A stretch of DNA of 64,000 nucleotides. Origin: an uncultured bacterium. GTDB lineage: Bacteria; Patescibacteriota; Minisyncoccia; Phycocordibacterales; CAIRYW01. The position numbers and the translations under genes are program-made. The stretch is taken from NCBI GenBank assembly GCA_963766885.1, contig CAVYBO010000002.1:365521-429520 (forward strand), given 5' to 3'. This document shows, one piece after another, positions 19,482-32,467 of this stretch; the first letter of the stretch is position 1; every line of letters begins with the position of its first letter. The notes beneath the pieces were generated by a model. It saw only the letters and a program-made list of their open reading frames with translations. It had not been told where the DNA came from and did not search any database.

Positions 19482-20904
19482 CTATGCAGAAAAATCTTTG
19501 CCGATTTCAAAAAGAATTTCATCCTGCATATACGGAGCAATCAACTGAATTGCAAGCGGCAAAGGCTTGTCAGCAGAAGAATTGGGCTCTGTAAATCCAG
19601 ATGGAATTGAAATTGCCGGAGAATAAATCAAATTCGCTGGCACAGTAAAAATATCTGCTAAATACATTTCTAGCGGGTCGCTTGTTTTTTCTCCAATTTT
19701 AAATGCTGGTGTTGGAGCTGTGGGCATCAAAACTGCATCTACTATTTCAAAAGCCTTGTCAAAATCCTGCTTGATTAGAGCGCGGACAATGTTTGCTTTG
19801 CCATAATATGCATCGTAATATCCGGCAGAAAGAACATATGTTCCCAAAAGAATTCTTCGGCGCACTTCTTTGCCAAGCAATTGGCCTCGCGTTTTCATAT
19901 AATCCTGGAGTAAATTATCGCCTTCAACTAATGAACCGTAGCGCACTCCGTCGAATCGCGCCATGTTTGAAGAAATCTCAGCAAAATTAATTATGTAATA
20001 AGCTGCCAAAGAATAACTTAGATTTTTTAATTTAATATCGACAATCTCATAACCAAGATTTTGAAACTTTGAAACTCCGCTATTAAAAGATTTTAATACT
20101 TCTGAATCGATACCGCCTTGATTCATAAAGTCATATGGAACGCCAATTTTTTTCTTTAAAATAATTTTCTCTCTTGGAGATTCTTTGGACAGTCGAATCC
20201 ATTTCATCAAAGCCTTCAATCGCCTTAAACAAAATTTCTGCATCCTCAACTGTTCTTGCAATAGGTCCAATTTGATCAAATGATGAAACCGCTGCCATAA
20301 GTCCGTAACGAGACACTCTACCGTATGAAGGCTTCATTCCAACCACTCCGCAAAAAGCTGACGGCTGCCTAATTGATCCACCAGTATCGGAACCCAAAGC
20401 AACTAGCGCCATTTCTGAAGCAACAGCTGAAGCTGATCCACCAGAAGTTCCTCCAGGCACTCTGCTTGTATCGTTAGGATTCTTTGTAGTAACATATGCA
20501 GACTTTTCTGTTGACCCACCCATAGCAAACTCATCCATATTTGTGCGTCCCAAAAATACAGCTCCAGATTTTTTTAATTTTTCAATGACTGTCGCGTCAT
20601 ATGTGGCAACATAGTTTTCCAAAATTTTTGAAGCGGCAGAAACTTTTCTGCCTTTTATCAAAATATTATCTTTGACTGCAAGCGGAATTCCAAGCAGTTC
20701 TCCCTTCTCACCATTTTTTATTTTTCGGTCAGCTTCTTCCGCTTGATTGATGACATCGTCATAAATTTCCAAGTAAGCATTCAAATCAGAATTTTTGGCC
20801 TTGATTGCCTCAAGATAACTTTGTGCAAGTTGTACTGCCGTGATTTCTCGTGCATCAAGTTTTTTGCGCGCCTCTTTGATTGTTAGATTTTTGAGATCAA
20901 TCAT
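19482..20904 (-). CDS. gatA: Glu-tRNA(Gln) amidotransferase subunit A, interrupted by a +1 frameshift in a 7-nt homopolymer (20147-20153)
   Basis: The N-terminal ORF 20131-20904 carries the amidase signature (GGSSGGSAAAVA-like GGTSGGSASAVAS). The C-terminal ORF 19482-20279 carries ADIFTVPANLIYSPAISIP. Removing one A/T from the run restores FKEKIGVPYDF. Confidence 0.8.
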
Positions 20905-21185
20905 TAGATTACTTTTTTGACTTTTACAAAATTATCATCGCGTTTCGGCGCCGAAGAAAGCAGTGTTTCTGTTTCCAAACATGATTCATTTGCTTTATCA
21001 TCCTCTTGCAAATTGTTATAAATTTCTGGACCAGGAATATTCTCATTGCCCGCAATCGCAGAATCGATGCTTCCCACATATTGAAGTATGGCTCCAATCT
21101 CATTAGCCACGCTTTCCAGCTCGGCATCCGTTACCTCCAATCGCGCCAAATTTAAAAGCTTTTTTACATCATCTTTTGAAATCAT
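20904..21185 (-). CDS. gatC: Glu-tRNA(Gln) amidotransferase subunit C
   Basis: ISKDDVKKLLNLARLEVTDAELE is the typical GatC N-terminus. Its stop overlaps the gatA start. Confidence 0.85.
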   Translation of the reverse strand: MISKDDVKKLLNLARLEVTDAELESVANEIGAILQYVGSIDSAIAGNENIPGPEIYNNLQEDDKANESCLETETLLSSAPKRDDNFVKVKKVI

Positions 21186-21208
21186 GGAAAGAGTATACCA
21201 AATATGGC

Positions 21209-23817
<2,609 letters not shown>

Positions 23818-23837
<20 letters not shown>

Positions 23838-24417
23838 ATAAAACTTCGCTAAGTGTAAATGTCCTTGTGCCGCTGTAAAGCTGTCCTCCAGACCAAGATA
23901 TTGTGGCTGTTACCAGCGCCTCATCATTGCTTCCATTGTATGGAGTTGTAACCGTTATAAGTCTGCTGAATTTTGACTGCGAAACGTCTAGATCGCCTGT
24001 AGACTCATAAGAATATAATCCTGTATCACTATTATAATTTAAATATCCGCAAGGATTACTGCTGCCAGAATTACCGCAAGCGGAGATGGGATCTACACGG
24101 CTACCTATGGATAATTGGTACAAATCAAGCTTACATCCCGGACTTTCTGCATCTGGATCATTGGCGCACATAGAAAACTCTGGCGGCCAGCCGCTAGTAT
24201 TATCGCCAAAATACATATCTCTTTTATTTCTTAAATATTCAATTCCTTCCTGCGCCAAATAATACGCCGTAATCTCATCTCTGGCATAAAAGGCTGCAAA
24301 AAGCGATTTGGCGGCAATCTGCATTGGGCCGACAATTGAAAGTAGGAGTATGGTAATTGCAACCATAACCTCTATCAAAGTAAACGCTTTTTTATTTTTT
24401 TTAAAAAAATTTTTCAT
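23818..24417 (-). CDS. minor pilin / pseudopilin (prepilin-type N-terminal methylation domain)
   Basis: It has the KGFTLIEVMVAITILLL class III signal. Confidence 0.75.
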
Positions 24418-24425
24418 TAAGATGA

Positions 24426-25052
24426 TTAAGATGTTGGCACATTTAGCTTTCTCTGGGAAATTAAAGTTTGGATGTTAAACTCCGATTGTTCTCCGCCATT
24501 TGTTGTAGACTTGGCCTGCAGAATCATAAGTATAAGCGGCTGCCGAGGTGGCTCACCACTTGACCAGGTTCCGGTATTTTGAATATAAAAATCTAGACGG
24601 TTTACTTTTATATTAGAAGAAGTCAGGTCCTGTGTAAGATCATTGTCCTCGTCAGTCTTTGTAATTACTCCGCGCGAAGTGTCTAGGGTATAAGTAATTT
24701 GATCTCCTGCTTGTGATGAAATTGTGGAAGTGAATGTTATTGATGTACAAGCATTTCCATCCGACACTCCCGCAGAACAAGAGTAGTTATATCCTGTTCT
24801 CAAATCCCTAACCATGCTTTCTACGGAAAAGTTCATGTTGTTTATAACATCATTAAGTGACTGAGCTTTTTTGTCCGCTCCCACTATAGCAACCACTGCT
24901 CCAATGGCAACCAAAACAACCAATGCAAAGATAGTAACAGCAACCATTATTTCAATCAGTGTAAAACCTTTTGTGTATTTTGTGTTTTTATTAAAAGTAA
25001 TCATATAAATTAAGAACCTGGGGAATAAGTGCCGTTTGTTCCTGCGCTGCAA
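24426..25052 (-). CDS. minor pilin / pseudopilin
   Basis: It has the KGFTLIEIMVAVTIFALVV signal. Confidence 0.75.
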   Translation of the reverse strand: MQRRNKRHLFPRFLIYMITFNKNTKYTKGFTLIEIMVAVTIFALVVLVAIGAVVAIVGADKKAQSLNDVINNMNFSVESMVRDLRTGYNYSCSAGVSDGNACTSITFTSTISSQAGDQITYTLDTSRGVITKTDEDNDLTQDLTSSNIKVNRLDFYIQNTGTWSSGEPPRQPLILMILQAKSTTNGGEQSEFNIQTLISQRKLNVPTS

Positions 25053-25831
25053 TCGTTTGCGCCGACAGGCTCAACAGCAATTTGTCCTATTTCATCAACC
25101 TTAACTACCCGGCATTTATCTCCAAGGGAAGACTGGATAACGATTATCGCACTGTCATAAGGGCTTGGTGAAACCGATGTGGTGTCAGGTGAGCTTATAT
25201 TTATGATTGCTTCAGGATCCGGCTTTAAAAATCCTATATTAAGCGAGCTATTAGGAGAGCCGATTTTTGCACTACCGACCCCATCGGAACATAAATACCC
25301 ACCACTTATTGTTGAATGAGCGCAAAATCTTCTTATTTTCTGTCCTTGATTTAAGGTAATGTTGTCTGTAATTGAATATTCGGAAAGATTTGGAGTATAA
25401 ACAAAAGGATAAAGTGTATTTCCATCTCCATCACTATATCCAATATCAGAGAATACATAAAAGCCGCTAATCATGGCGCCATTAGTGGTTGAAAAATTAG
25501 CGCCATAGCCAGAATCTCCAACCACAAGTCTATCCTTGGAAGCCGTCCCGTATACTTGAGCTTCTCTGATTGAAAGAGCCACCTCATAAGCTGCATCTGT
25601 TACCAGAATATCGCTTGAAAATTTGGACTGCTTGATCAAAACCACAGCCGTGATAATTACAACGATAGCCACCACCACAAGCATTTCAATCAGAGTAAAT
25701 CCTTTTTGTAAATTAAAAACATCTTTCCTCGAAAAGTACGGAAATCTTTTCTGCTGAAAAGTTTCCTCGTTCTCGCGCCGGCGCGCTGCGAAAGCCTTTT
25801 CTCGGAAATTGTTTTTAATTTTCTTTATCAT
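25010..25831 (-). CDS. minor pilin / pseudopilin (start codon uncertain)
   Basis: It has the KGFTLIEMLVVVAIVVI signal. The leader before the signal is unusually long, so a non-ATG start is likely. Confidence 0.65.
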   Translation of the reverse strand: MIKKIKNNFREKAFAARRRENEETFQQKRFPYFSRKDVFNLQKGFTLIEMLVVVAIVVIITAVVLIKQSKFSSDILVTDAAYEVALSIREAQVYGTASKDRLVVGDSGYGANFSTTNGAMISGFYVFSDIGYSDGDGNTLYPFVYTPNLSEYSITDNITLNQGQKIRRFCAHSTISGGYLCSDGVGSAKIGSPNSSLNIGFLKPDPEAIINISSPDTTSVSPSPYDSAIIVIQSSLGDKCRVVKVDEIGQIAVEPVGANDCSAGTNGTYSPGS

Positions 25832-26649
25832 ATAATCCCTTGAAAAATCAGAGTATTAAAATTGAAAATATCGGCATTAAACATAAAAGCGATATAAAAC
25901 CCCAAAATCATAAATGGGGCAAAGGATATCGCGCTGTTCATTTTGTATTTTTTTTCCATAATTCCGATTTTTTGGATTAAAAGCACAATAATTCCATAAA
26001 TCGCCCCCAACCAAAAAGCAAACGCTACGGCCGAAAAAGATCTGGCAATACCCAAAGCAAATCCCATTCCCAAAGCAAGCTTGCCGTCGCCAAACCCTAT
26101 CCACTTTCCGTTTGACATAATCCAAAGAGAAGAAAACCCAAAAAAAATAATTGGTCCTGCTAGGAGATTTAGAATCTGCGGATATGAAAAAATTGTTGAA
26201 ATATTGATAGTATAAATAAAATATAGAAAAGCTATAAAAGAAAAGGTGTATGACAGCGAATCCGGAATAATTTGATGCTTATAATCATAAACAGCGATTG
26301 CAATCAAAATAGAAAAAGCAAAATACCAAAAAGTTATGTCGAGAACATTTATGCTCGGCAGGTTATAAAACTTCAAAAATACAGAAACAAACGCAGCGCC
26401 CGCGATAAATTCCACAATTGGATACTGCGCGGATATTTTGGACCGGCAGCATCTGGACTTGCCCCCAAGAAACAGAAAACTTAAAATCGGAATCAGGTCG
26501 TAGCTTTTGATCTCCTTGCCGCAAGACATGCAAAACGATCTGCCCATAATTCCCTTGCCTGTGCCGATGCGCAAAATTACAACGTTAAGGAAACTGCCAA
26601 TGATAGTCCCTAGGGCGAAAACAATTATGCAAAGTAATAATTCCATCAA
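25828..26649 (-). CDS. pilD: prepilin peptidase (A24 family)
   Basis: It has an N-terminal CxxC...CC zinc motif, about 8 transmembrane helices, and a conserved GFGDGKL aspartate region. Confidence 0.8.
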   Translation of the reverse strand: MMELLLCIIVFALGTIIGSFLNVVILRIGTGKGIMGRSFCMSCGKEIKSYDLIPILSFLFLGGKSRCCRSKISAQYPIVEFIAGAAFVSVFLKFYNLPSINVLDITFWYFAFSILIAIAVYDYKHQIIPDSLSYTFSFIAFLYFIYTINISTIFSYPQILNLLAGPIIFFGFSSLWIMSNGKWIGFGDGKLALGMGFALGIARSFSAVAFAFWLGAIYGIIVLLIQKIGIMEKKYKMNSAISFAPFMILGFYIAFMFNADIFNFNTLIFQGII

Positions 26650-26812
26650 GAATAATTATACCACAGGGGTATTTCCAATTTCTAATTCGCTGCGCTCATA
26701 AGAAATTTAGGTTTAACACGAGGCTACTTCTTGTTCTCAGTAGTAACTGATACCCGAGAGCGGTACTAATTCACTATGTTTATAAGGAAACAAAGTCGTA
26801 CTATAAAAAATA

Positions 26813-27268
26813 TTATGGCCCTTCAACAGTGTATGTATCCTTTGGGTTGTTGGTTGTGCAAGGCAGATTGCTTGCCGTTACTTCCATAACTGCGCCAATA
26901 CAATAACTAGGCACCCCATTCGTAACAGTTAGCAAATAATCATAAGGTTGTTTGGTTGAAGGATCCGCTGGTACAGTTGGTGCACCCGAGCTAGTGTTAA
27001 AATAACTTTCAAATTTTGGATCATTATAAAGAGAATAGCCGGAAGCAATACTTCCGTCAGAATTTTCACTTGGAAACAGATAGTTATTATCTTGCCAATA
27101 ATTTTGAACTGCTTCGGACAGACTTTTCAAATCACCAAGTCTGTTTGAATCTCTGGCTTTGGCTTTTGAGCTTTCTAGAGATGTTAGAACCACAGCTGAT
27201 AAAATGCCAATGATTGCGATTACGACCATAATCTCTATTAATGTAAAACCTTTTTTATTCATTTTCAA
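26813..27268 (-). CDS. type IV pilin
   Basis: It has the KKGFTLIEIMVVIAIIGILSAVVL class III signal and N-terminal helix. Confidence 0.85.
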   Translation of the reverse strand: MKMNKKGFTLIEIMVVIAIIGILSAVVLTSLESSKAKARDSNRLGDLKSLSEAVQNYWQDNNYLFPSENSDGSIASGYSLYNDPKFESYFNTSSGAPTVPADPSTKQPYDYLLTVTNGVPSYCIGAVMEVTASNLPCTTNNPKDTYTVEGP

Positions 27269-27271
27269 ATT

Positions 27272-27664
27272 TTATTTGCAACTTGCCGTGTTAAAAGTGC
27301 AGGTGATTGTGTTTGATCCGTTGTTTGCAGCAAAGACATAATTTTCATTAGGAGCTAGCAATCCCGAAGTTCCAGAGGTGTAGTAGTAAAAAACAGTACT
27401 TGAAAGATTAGGCCAAGTACCAGGATCTCCCGCAAGACTGCAGATGCTGCCCCCTCCGATATTAACATTAGTCGGAGCTTGAACGGCCCCACCGTCAGCA
27501 TCGCAACTAACCAAAGTCGGCATTACACCTTCCATATCAGACATTGCTGCCGCTCTTTTTGCTTTTGCTGTTGCGCTTGTAAGAGATGTAAGCACGATAG
27601 CTGACAAAATACCGATAATTGCGATTACCACTAGAAGTTCGATAAGAGTGAATCCTTCTTTCAT
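27272..27664 (-). CDS. type IV pilin
   Basis: It has the KEGFTLIELLVVIAIIGILSAIVLTSLTSATAKA signal. Its 5' ~100 nt are nearly identical to the pilin at 29615-30028. Confidence 0.85.
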   Translation of the reverse strand: MKEGFTLIELLVVIAIIGILSAIVLTSLTSATAKAKRAAAMSDMEGVMPTLVSCDADGGAVQAPTNVNIGGGSICSLAGDPGTWPNLSSTVFYYYTSGTSGLLAPNENYVFAANNGSNTITCTFNTASCK

Positions 27665-27747
27665 ATTCCGTAATTATAGACTGGCTAAACTTAAAAACAA
27701 AATGTGAATAAAGTGCCATACATTACGTAATCTGCTAAACTAATGCG

Positions 27748-29568
27748 GTGGAAGAATCGGTTTTAAAGAAATATCTTTTATGGTTGGGACCTATAATAAT
27801 TATAGTTACTTTTGTATCCTTAGCACATTTTACATGGAATACCTGGGCTGACCCTGTGGTTGATTTTGGACGAGAGGTGTATGTGCCTTGGCAGCTTAGC
27901 CAAGGAGCCGTCCTTTACAAAGACATTGCATATTTTAACGGTCCTATTTCTCCATATTTTAATGCATTAATTTTCAAAATATTCGGACCAAGCCTCCGAA
28001 CACTATTTATTACAAATCTTACACTTCTTGCAGTCTTTATTGTATTAGTCTGGAATCTTCTAAAATCTTTAGCCAACCGATTGACTGCATTTATTGGAAT
28101 AATGGTGACACTTTGTATTTTCTCTTTCGGTCAAGCGCTTGGAATAAGTAACTACAATTTTATCGCTCCATATTCCCATGAGATAACACACGGAATAATT
28201 TTATGCGTTGCAATGATTCTTTTGCTTCAAAAATGGCAAGCCAAAATGCAGGACAAATGGCTTATAGCAGCAGGTTTTTTTGCAGGCTTAGCATTTCTAA
28301 CTAAACCGGAAATAGCCTTATCAGCTCTGGTTGTGGGGGTTTGTTCAATTTTTCTCGCCTATTTTGTAAACAAAAAAGCAAAATCAGAAATTTTGCGATA
28401 CTTTGGAATATTTTTTGGTGCAGCGTTGGTACCAATTGTTATCTCCGCTCTCATTCTCTCAACACAAATGCCTTTTGTTGATGCTATCAGTGGAGTTTTA
28501 AATCCGTGGACTGGATTATTTCAATATAAAGTTTCGTCTCTTGTCTTTTATCAAGATAAAATCGGATTAAACGACCCAGTTGGAAATATCTGGACAATGG
28601 TGATAGAAACATTTAAGTGGATACTCATATTTCTACCAGCCTTTGCGTTATCTCTAATATCAAAATATGAAGATTTCATATCGCAAAATAAATCAGGTAA
28701 ATTATTTATAAAATATTCTGTGTTGATTGCCGCTGTAATATATATATTGTTATTTTATTTTATAACAAAGGATATAAACTGGTTTGAAATCGCAAGACCT
28801 CTTCCATTTTTATTAATCGCAATTTTGATATGGCTTTTTGTTTGCCTGCAAAATCCCAATAAAAGAGACTACTCCTTAAAAATGATTCCTTTTGTTTTAT
28901 TTGCTTTATTTATGATCTCAAAAATAATCCTTAATGCCGATTTAACTGATTACGGATTTACTCTAGCTCTTCCAGCAACTCTGGTTTTTATAATTACGTT
29001 TACATATTTGATCCCAAATGAGTTAGAAATGCATTCAATGAATAAAAACATATTAATTGCTACTACTTCGGTTATTTTAATATTCACTTGTTGTGTTTAT
29101 ATCTACATAACAGCTACACACATTTCTCAAAAAAAATATATTGTTGGGGAAGGGGTAAATTCTTTTAGAGCAGATTACAGAGGAGCTTTTGTAGAAGCAG
29201 CTAGAAAAAAAATCCTTGATCTAGATAACTCAACTTCAACACTCGCCGTTTTACCTGAGGGAGTAATGCTTAATTTTCTAACTGGCGAAAAGAATTCAAC
29301 ACCTTATGTTACTCTTATGCCACCAGAGATGATACTTTTTGGAGAAAATAATATACTAAATTCATTTGAGAAAAACCCTCCAGACAAAATATTATTAATT
29401 CATATTGATACTAGCGAATATGGATATCCGTTTTTTGGGCAAGAGTATTACGGAGTAGGAATAATGGATTGGATAAAATCAACTTATAATCCACTAGGAA
29501 CTTTTGGCGATAAGCCTTTGGTTAGCGGATCGACTTTTGGGATAGAAATTTTACAAAAGAAAAATTAA
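27748..29568 (+). CDS. polytopic membrane protein, GT-C-like glycosyltransferase candidate (ArnT/PMT-like)
   Basis: It has about 12 transmembrane helices and a C-terminal soluble domain. The first loop motif DPVVDFGREVY resembles the DE(G)RY acidic motif of GT-C enzymes. Confidence 0.45.
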   Translation: MEESVLKKYLLWLGPIIIIVTFVSLAHFTWNTWADPVVDFGREVYVPWQLSQGAVLYKDIAYFNGPISPYFNALIFKIFGPSLRTLFITNLTLLAVFIVLVWNLLKSLANRLTAFIGIMVTLCIFSFGQALGISNYNFIAPYSHEITHGIILCVAMILLLQKWQAKMQDKWLIAAGFFAGLAFLTKPEIALSALVVGVCSIFLAYFVNKKAKSEILRYFGIFFGAALVPIVISALILSTQMPFVDAISGVLNPWTGLFQYKVSSLVFYQDKIGLNDPVGNIWTMVIETFKWILIFLPAFALSLISKYEDFISQNKSGKLFIKYSVLIAAVIYILLFYFITKDINWFEIARPLPFLLIAILIWLFVCLQNPNKRDYSLKMIPFVLFALFMISKIILNADLTDYGFTLALPATLVFIITFTYLIPNELEMHSMNKNILIATTSVILIFTCCVYIYITATHISQKKYIVGEGVNSFRADYRGAFVEAARKKILDLDNSTSTLAVLPEGVMLNFLTGEKNSTPYVTLMPPEMILFGENNILNSFEKNPPDKILLIHIDTSEYGYPFFGQEYYGVGIMDWIKSTYNPLGTFGDKPLVSGSTFGIEILQKKN

Positions 29569-29595
29569 AAAGCCCCTATTAAGGGGCTTTTTAAT
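29567..29595. terminator. bidirectional intrinsic terminator
   Basis: aaaagcccctattaaggggcttttt sits between convergent genes. Confidence 0.75.
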
Positions 29596-29614
29596 TTTTG
29601 AGCAATTTTTAAAT

Positions 29615-30028
29615 TTAACTACAAACCGTAGTGTTGAAGTTACAAACAATATTGGTCTGTCCACTTGGTCCCACAGCATTGAACTGATAATTTCCATTTT
29701 GGATACTAAGACCTCCTGAGTAACCATTATAACTCCAACCAGTTGTAAGAGCTGGCCAAGTTGCAGTATGACCAGGAGCAAGAGTAGTATTAGCAGAGCC
29801 TTGCGTGCAAATATTACCACTAACAGTAGGGGCTGCATTGTTGACTACATACATACTATCACCATCACAACTTTCTAACTCAGGCATTACACCTTCCATT
29901 GTAGAAAGTGCTGCGGCTCTTCTAGCTTTTGCTGTTGCGCTTGTAAGAGATGTAAGCACGATAGCTGACAAAATACCGATAATTGCGATTACCACGAGAA
30001 GTTCGATGAGTGTAAAACCTTTTTTCAT
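29615..30028 (-). CDS. type IV pilin
   Basis: It has the KKGFTLIELLVVIAIIGILSAIVLTSLTSATAKA signal. Confidence 0.85.
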   Translation of the reverse strand: MKKGFTLIELLVVIAIIGILSAIVLTSLTSATAKARRAAALSTMEGVMPELESCDGDSMYVVNNAAPTVSGNICTQGSANTTLAPGHTATWPALTTGWSYNGYSGGLSIQNGNYQFNAVGPSGQTNIVCNFNTTVCS

Positions 30029-30120
30029 ATAAATGCGATCTAAAAACTTAATAATGATTAACTTGCTTATAATTATACACTAATTGAAAGAATACAATGT
30101 TTGATTGTGGATAACTAAAA

Positions 30121-31890
30121 TCAGCTTTTGATTTCATAGATATAGTAATAGCCGCTTTCCGTATAGACTTTTTTAAATTCTCCGCTTAAATCCAAAACAT
30201 CATTTAAAGCCAGATAATCTTTTGATGTGACAATGTATTTTGACTTAAAATCATCCTCCAAAACTTTTTTGATTTGCTTGCCTTCGTTCACAAAATAGCT
30301 TTTGTTTTTTAATGGATTGTTCAAAGCCAGTTCGGAAGCATCATCCTCACTTGGGCAATTTTCTGTGGAGCAAACATATCCATTGCTTCCAATATGAATC
30401 CACAGCCAATAAAGCTTTGGACTGTAGTTGTATAAAAATCTCGGCTCTAATCCTGCAATGTAATTGTTGTATGGATCGTTGTAATAGAGCTGCGGAAACC
30501 AATCCCAAGTGACATTAAAAATTATATCCCCTTTATTTGTATGAGTCTCAAGCCAATTTCCGATTTCTGAAAAAGTATAAGGGGGCGCTCCAGACGCAAG
30601 CATCTGATCCAAACTTACAAAATTGGCAACAAAAAGATAAATCGAAACGCATATTATGGCTGCAAACTGGCTTTGTTTGATATATTTTTTTGTTATTGAA
30701 ATATAAGAAAGTGTGTAATCAAACACCAAGACAACATAAAGACCGACAAAGAACACGAAGAAGTCATTAAACCTTGTGCTGGCTGCAATTGTCCCCAAAA
30801 AAAACAAGAGCGTCAGAGTAAAAAGCGTGCCCCTCAAGACATTTCTGTTATCCTTTGCCGATAAAGCCGCCTCATCCAGATCTTCATTGCCTCTTAAATA
30901 TAAATACTGCCCTATTTCAATAAATACGGCTATTATCATAAATACAAACATAAACGCATTGTCTTTAATAAAATCAAAAAAATTCATAGGGTAAAGTTCG
31001 CTTCCTTCCTGAATATTCACTTTCTTCCCCAAAATAGTATCTACATAAATTTTAAAAATATTGTCGTACGAATAAAGCAAGAAATTTGATCCTGCCAGAT
31101 AGCAGACCGCAATTGCCAGAGCTGTGCCTCCAAGCATCGCCCAAAGCAGAGAAAACTGAGGTTTATTTTTATAAAACGCTTCAAAAACCAGGTAGACAGG
31201 CACAATAATTATTGGAAAGAAAAACGTTGCGCTGTGCCAGAGAACATAAACGAAACTCAATACAAAAACCCAAAGCCACTTTTTCTTGTGGCACGCCAAA
31301 AGCATAAGCATCAGTATTGCGGGAGCCAAAGCGTAAGGACGAGAGAGTAGAAATCTCCAAATGCTTGAATATCCGGTAAAAGCAAATACAAACAGAGTCC
31401 AAAGAAATGCGTATTTGATTGAAAATTTTTTTATACACCAATACAAAACCGCAAAAATCAGTGACGCCGCAAAAACGGCATAAAGTTTTATTCCCAAAAA
31501 CAATGGCTGAATATACGTAAACGGAATAATAGCCAAATAAAAAAGAAAATTATGATAAAGGAAGTAGCTTTTATTTATGACAATCTTTGAAAAGTAAATT
31601 GCTGTAAAATTTTTAAAGGCGTTAATCAACCCATCGTCTCGAACCACTTGGGCAAAGCGAAAATGGAAAAAATGGTCATCGCTTGTGACCAAAGTAACCA
31701 CTGAAAAATATACAACATCGAAACAAATAAAAAATAAGCTGAAAACAAGTAGAAATTGAATATACGGATGGTCAAGAAGAAACTGGTAGGATCTTTTTAA
31801 AAAAGTTTTTAGGTCTTCATAAATGTCTCTGCTCATATTGCCCAAATACTGTTTATTGAATATTTTATTCATTGATACAAAATTTACCAT
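30121..31890 (-). CDS. polytopic membrane protein, second GT-C-like glycosyltransferase candidate
   Basis: It has about 13 transmembrane helices, an acidic first-loop motif (SDDHFFHFRFAQ) and a C-terminal soluble domain of about 150 aa. Confidence 0.4.
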   Translation of the reverse strand: MVNFVSMNKIFNKQYLGNMSRDIYEDLKTFLKRSYQFLLDHPYIQFLLVFSLFFICFDVVYFSVVTLVTSDDHFFHFRFAQVVRDDGLINAFKNFTAIYFSKIVINKSYFLYHNFLFYLAIIPFTYIQPLFLGIKLYAVFAASLIFAVLYWCIKKFSIKYAFLWTLFVFAFTGYSSIWRFLLSRPYALAPAILMLMLLACHKKKWLWVFVLSFVYVLWHSATFFFPIIIVPVYLVFEAFYKNKPQFSLLWAMLGGTALAIAVCYLAGSNFLLYSYDNIFKIYVDTILGKKVNIQEGSELYPMNFFDFIKDNAFMFVFMIIAVFIEIGQYLYLRGNEDLDEAALSAKDNRNVLRGTLFTLTLLFFLGTIAASTRFNDFFVFFVGLYVVLVFDYTLSYISITKKYIKQSQFAAIICVSIYLFVANFVSLDQMLASGAPPYTFSEIGNWLETHTNKGDIIFNVTWDWFPQLYYNDPYNNYIAGLEPRFLYNYSPKLYWLWIHIGSNGYVCSTENCPSEDDASELALNNPLKNKSYFVNEGKQIKKVLEDDFKSKYIVTSKDYLALNDVLDLSGEFKKVYTESGYYYIYEIKS

Positions 31891-31956
31891 ACATCCATAA
31901 AAACAGAAAACCCTCCGCCTGGGCGAAGGGTTTTGGTTTTAAAATCTATAAAAGAT

Positions 31957-32325
31957 TTAGCAAGGGTTAGTGTAAGTTACGCCAGACTGTGTGACATATC
32001 CAGTACCGCAAGCGCTAATGACATCACTAGCAAGAGCGTTGAATCCTACGTTGAACGTCTGATTTCCTGTTGAACCGCAATCTTGAGTCACTATATTTCC
32101 ATTATCATGAGTTGGAGTGCTTGGAACATCAGTGTTAGCAATGTTTGCTGAATCGCAAACTGTGATAAGAGATGGCTGAACTGATGAAAGTTCGCTTTTA
32201 AAAGCAGCAATTTTTGCCTTTGATCTTGCGCCGTTTAGAGAAGTAAGGACAACAGCAGACAAGATACCGATGATTGCAATCACAACTAGAAGTTCGATAA
32301 GTGTAAAACCTTTATTTTTTGACAT
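31957..32325 (-). CDS. type IV pilin
   Basis: It has the NKGFTLIELLVVIAIIGILSAVVLTSL signal. Confidence 0.85.
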   Translation of the reverse strand: MSKNKGFTLIELLVVIAIIGILSAVVLTSLNGARSKAKIAAFKSELSSVQPSLITVCDSANIANTDVPSTPTHDNGNIVTQDCGSTGNQTFNVGFNALASDVISACGTGYVTQSGVTYTNPC

Positions 32326-32467
32326 TTTCTTATAATAAATTCTTTTAATATGTGCCGCTTAGTTCGACGAAGCGGTTGTTTTCTTTGACCCTCGATTTTT
32401 CAAGGTATTAATAATTATATCAGTAAATTAATATTTAAAAGCCCGGGGTGTGGAAAAGTCCCAATAT

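Noticed and set aside
29551-29838. 95-aa minus-strand ORF
   Set aside because: It overlaps the terminator and the pilin gene in another frame, and is low-complexity L-rich.
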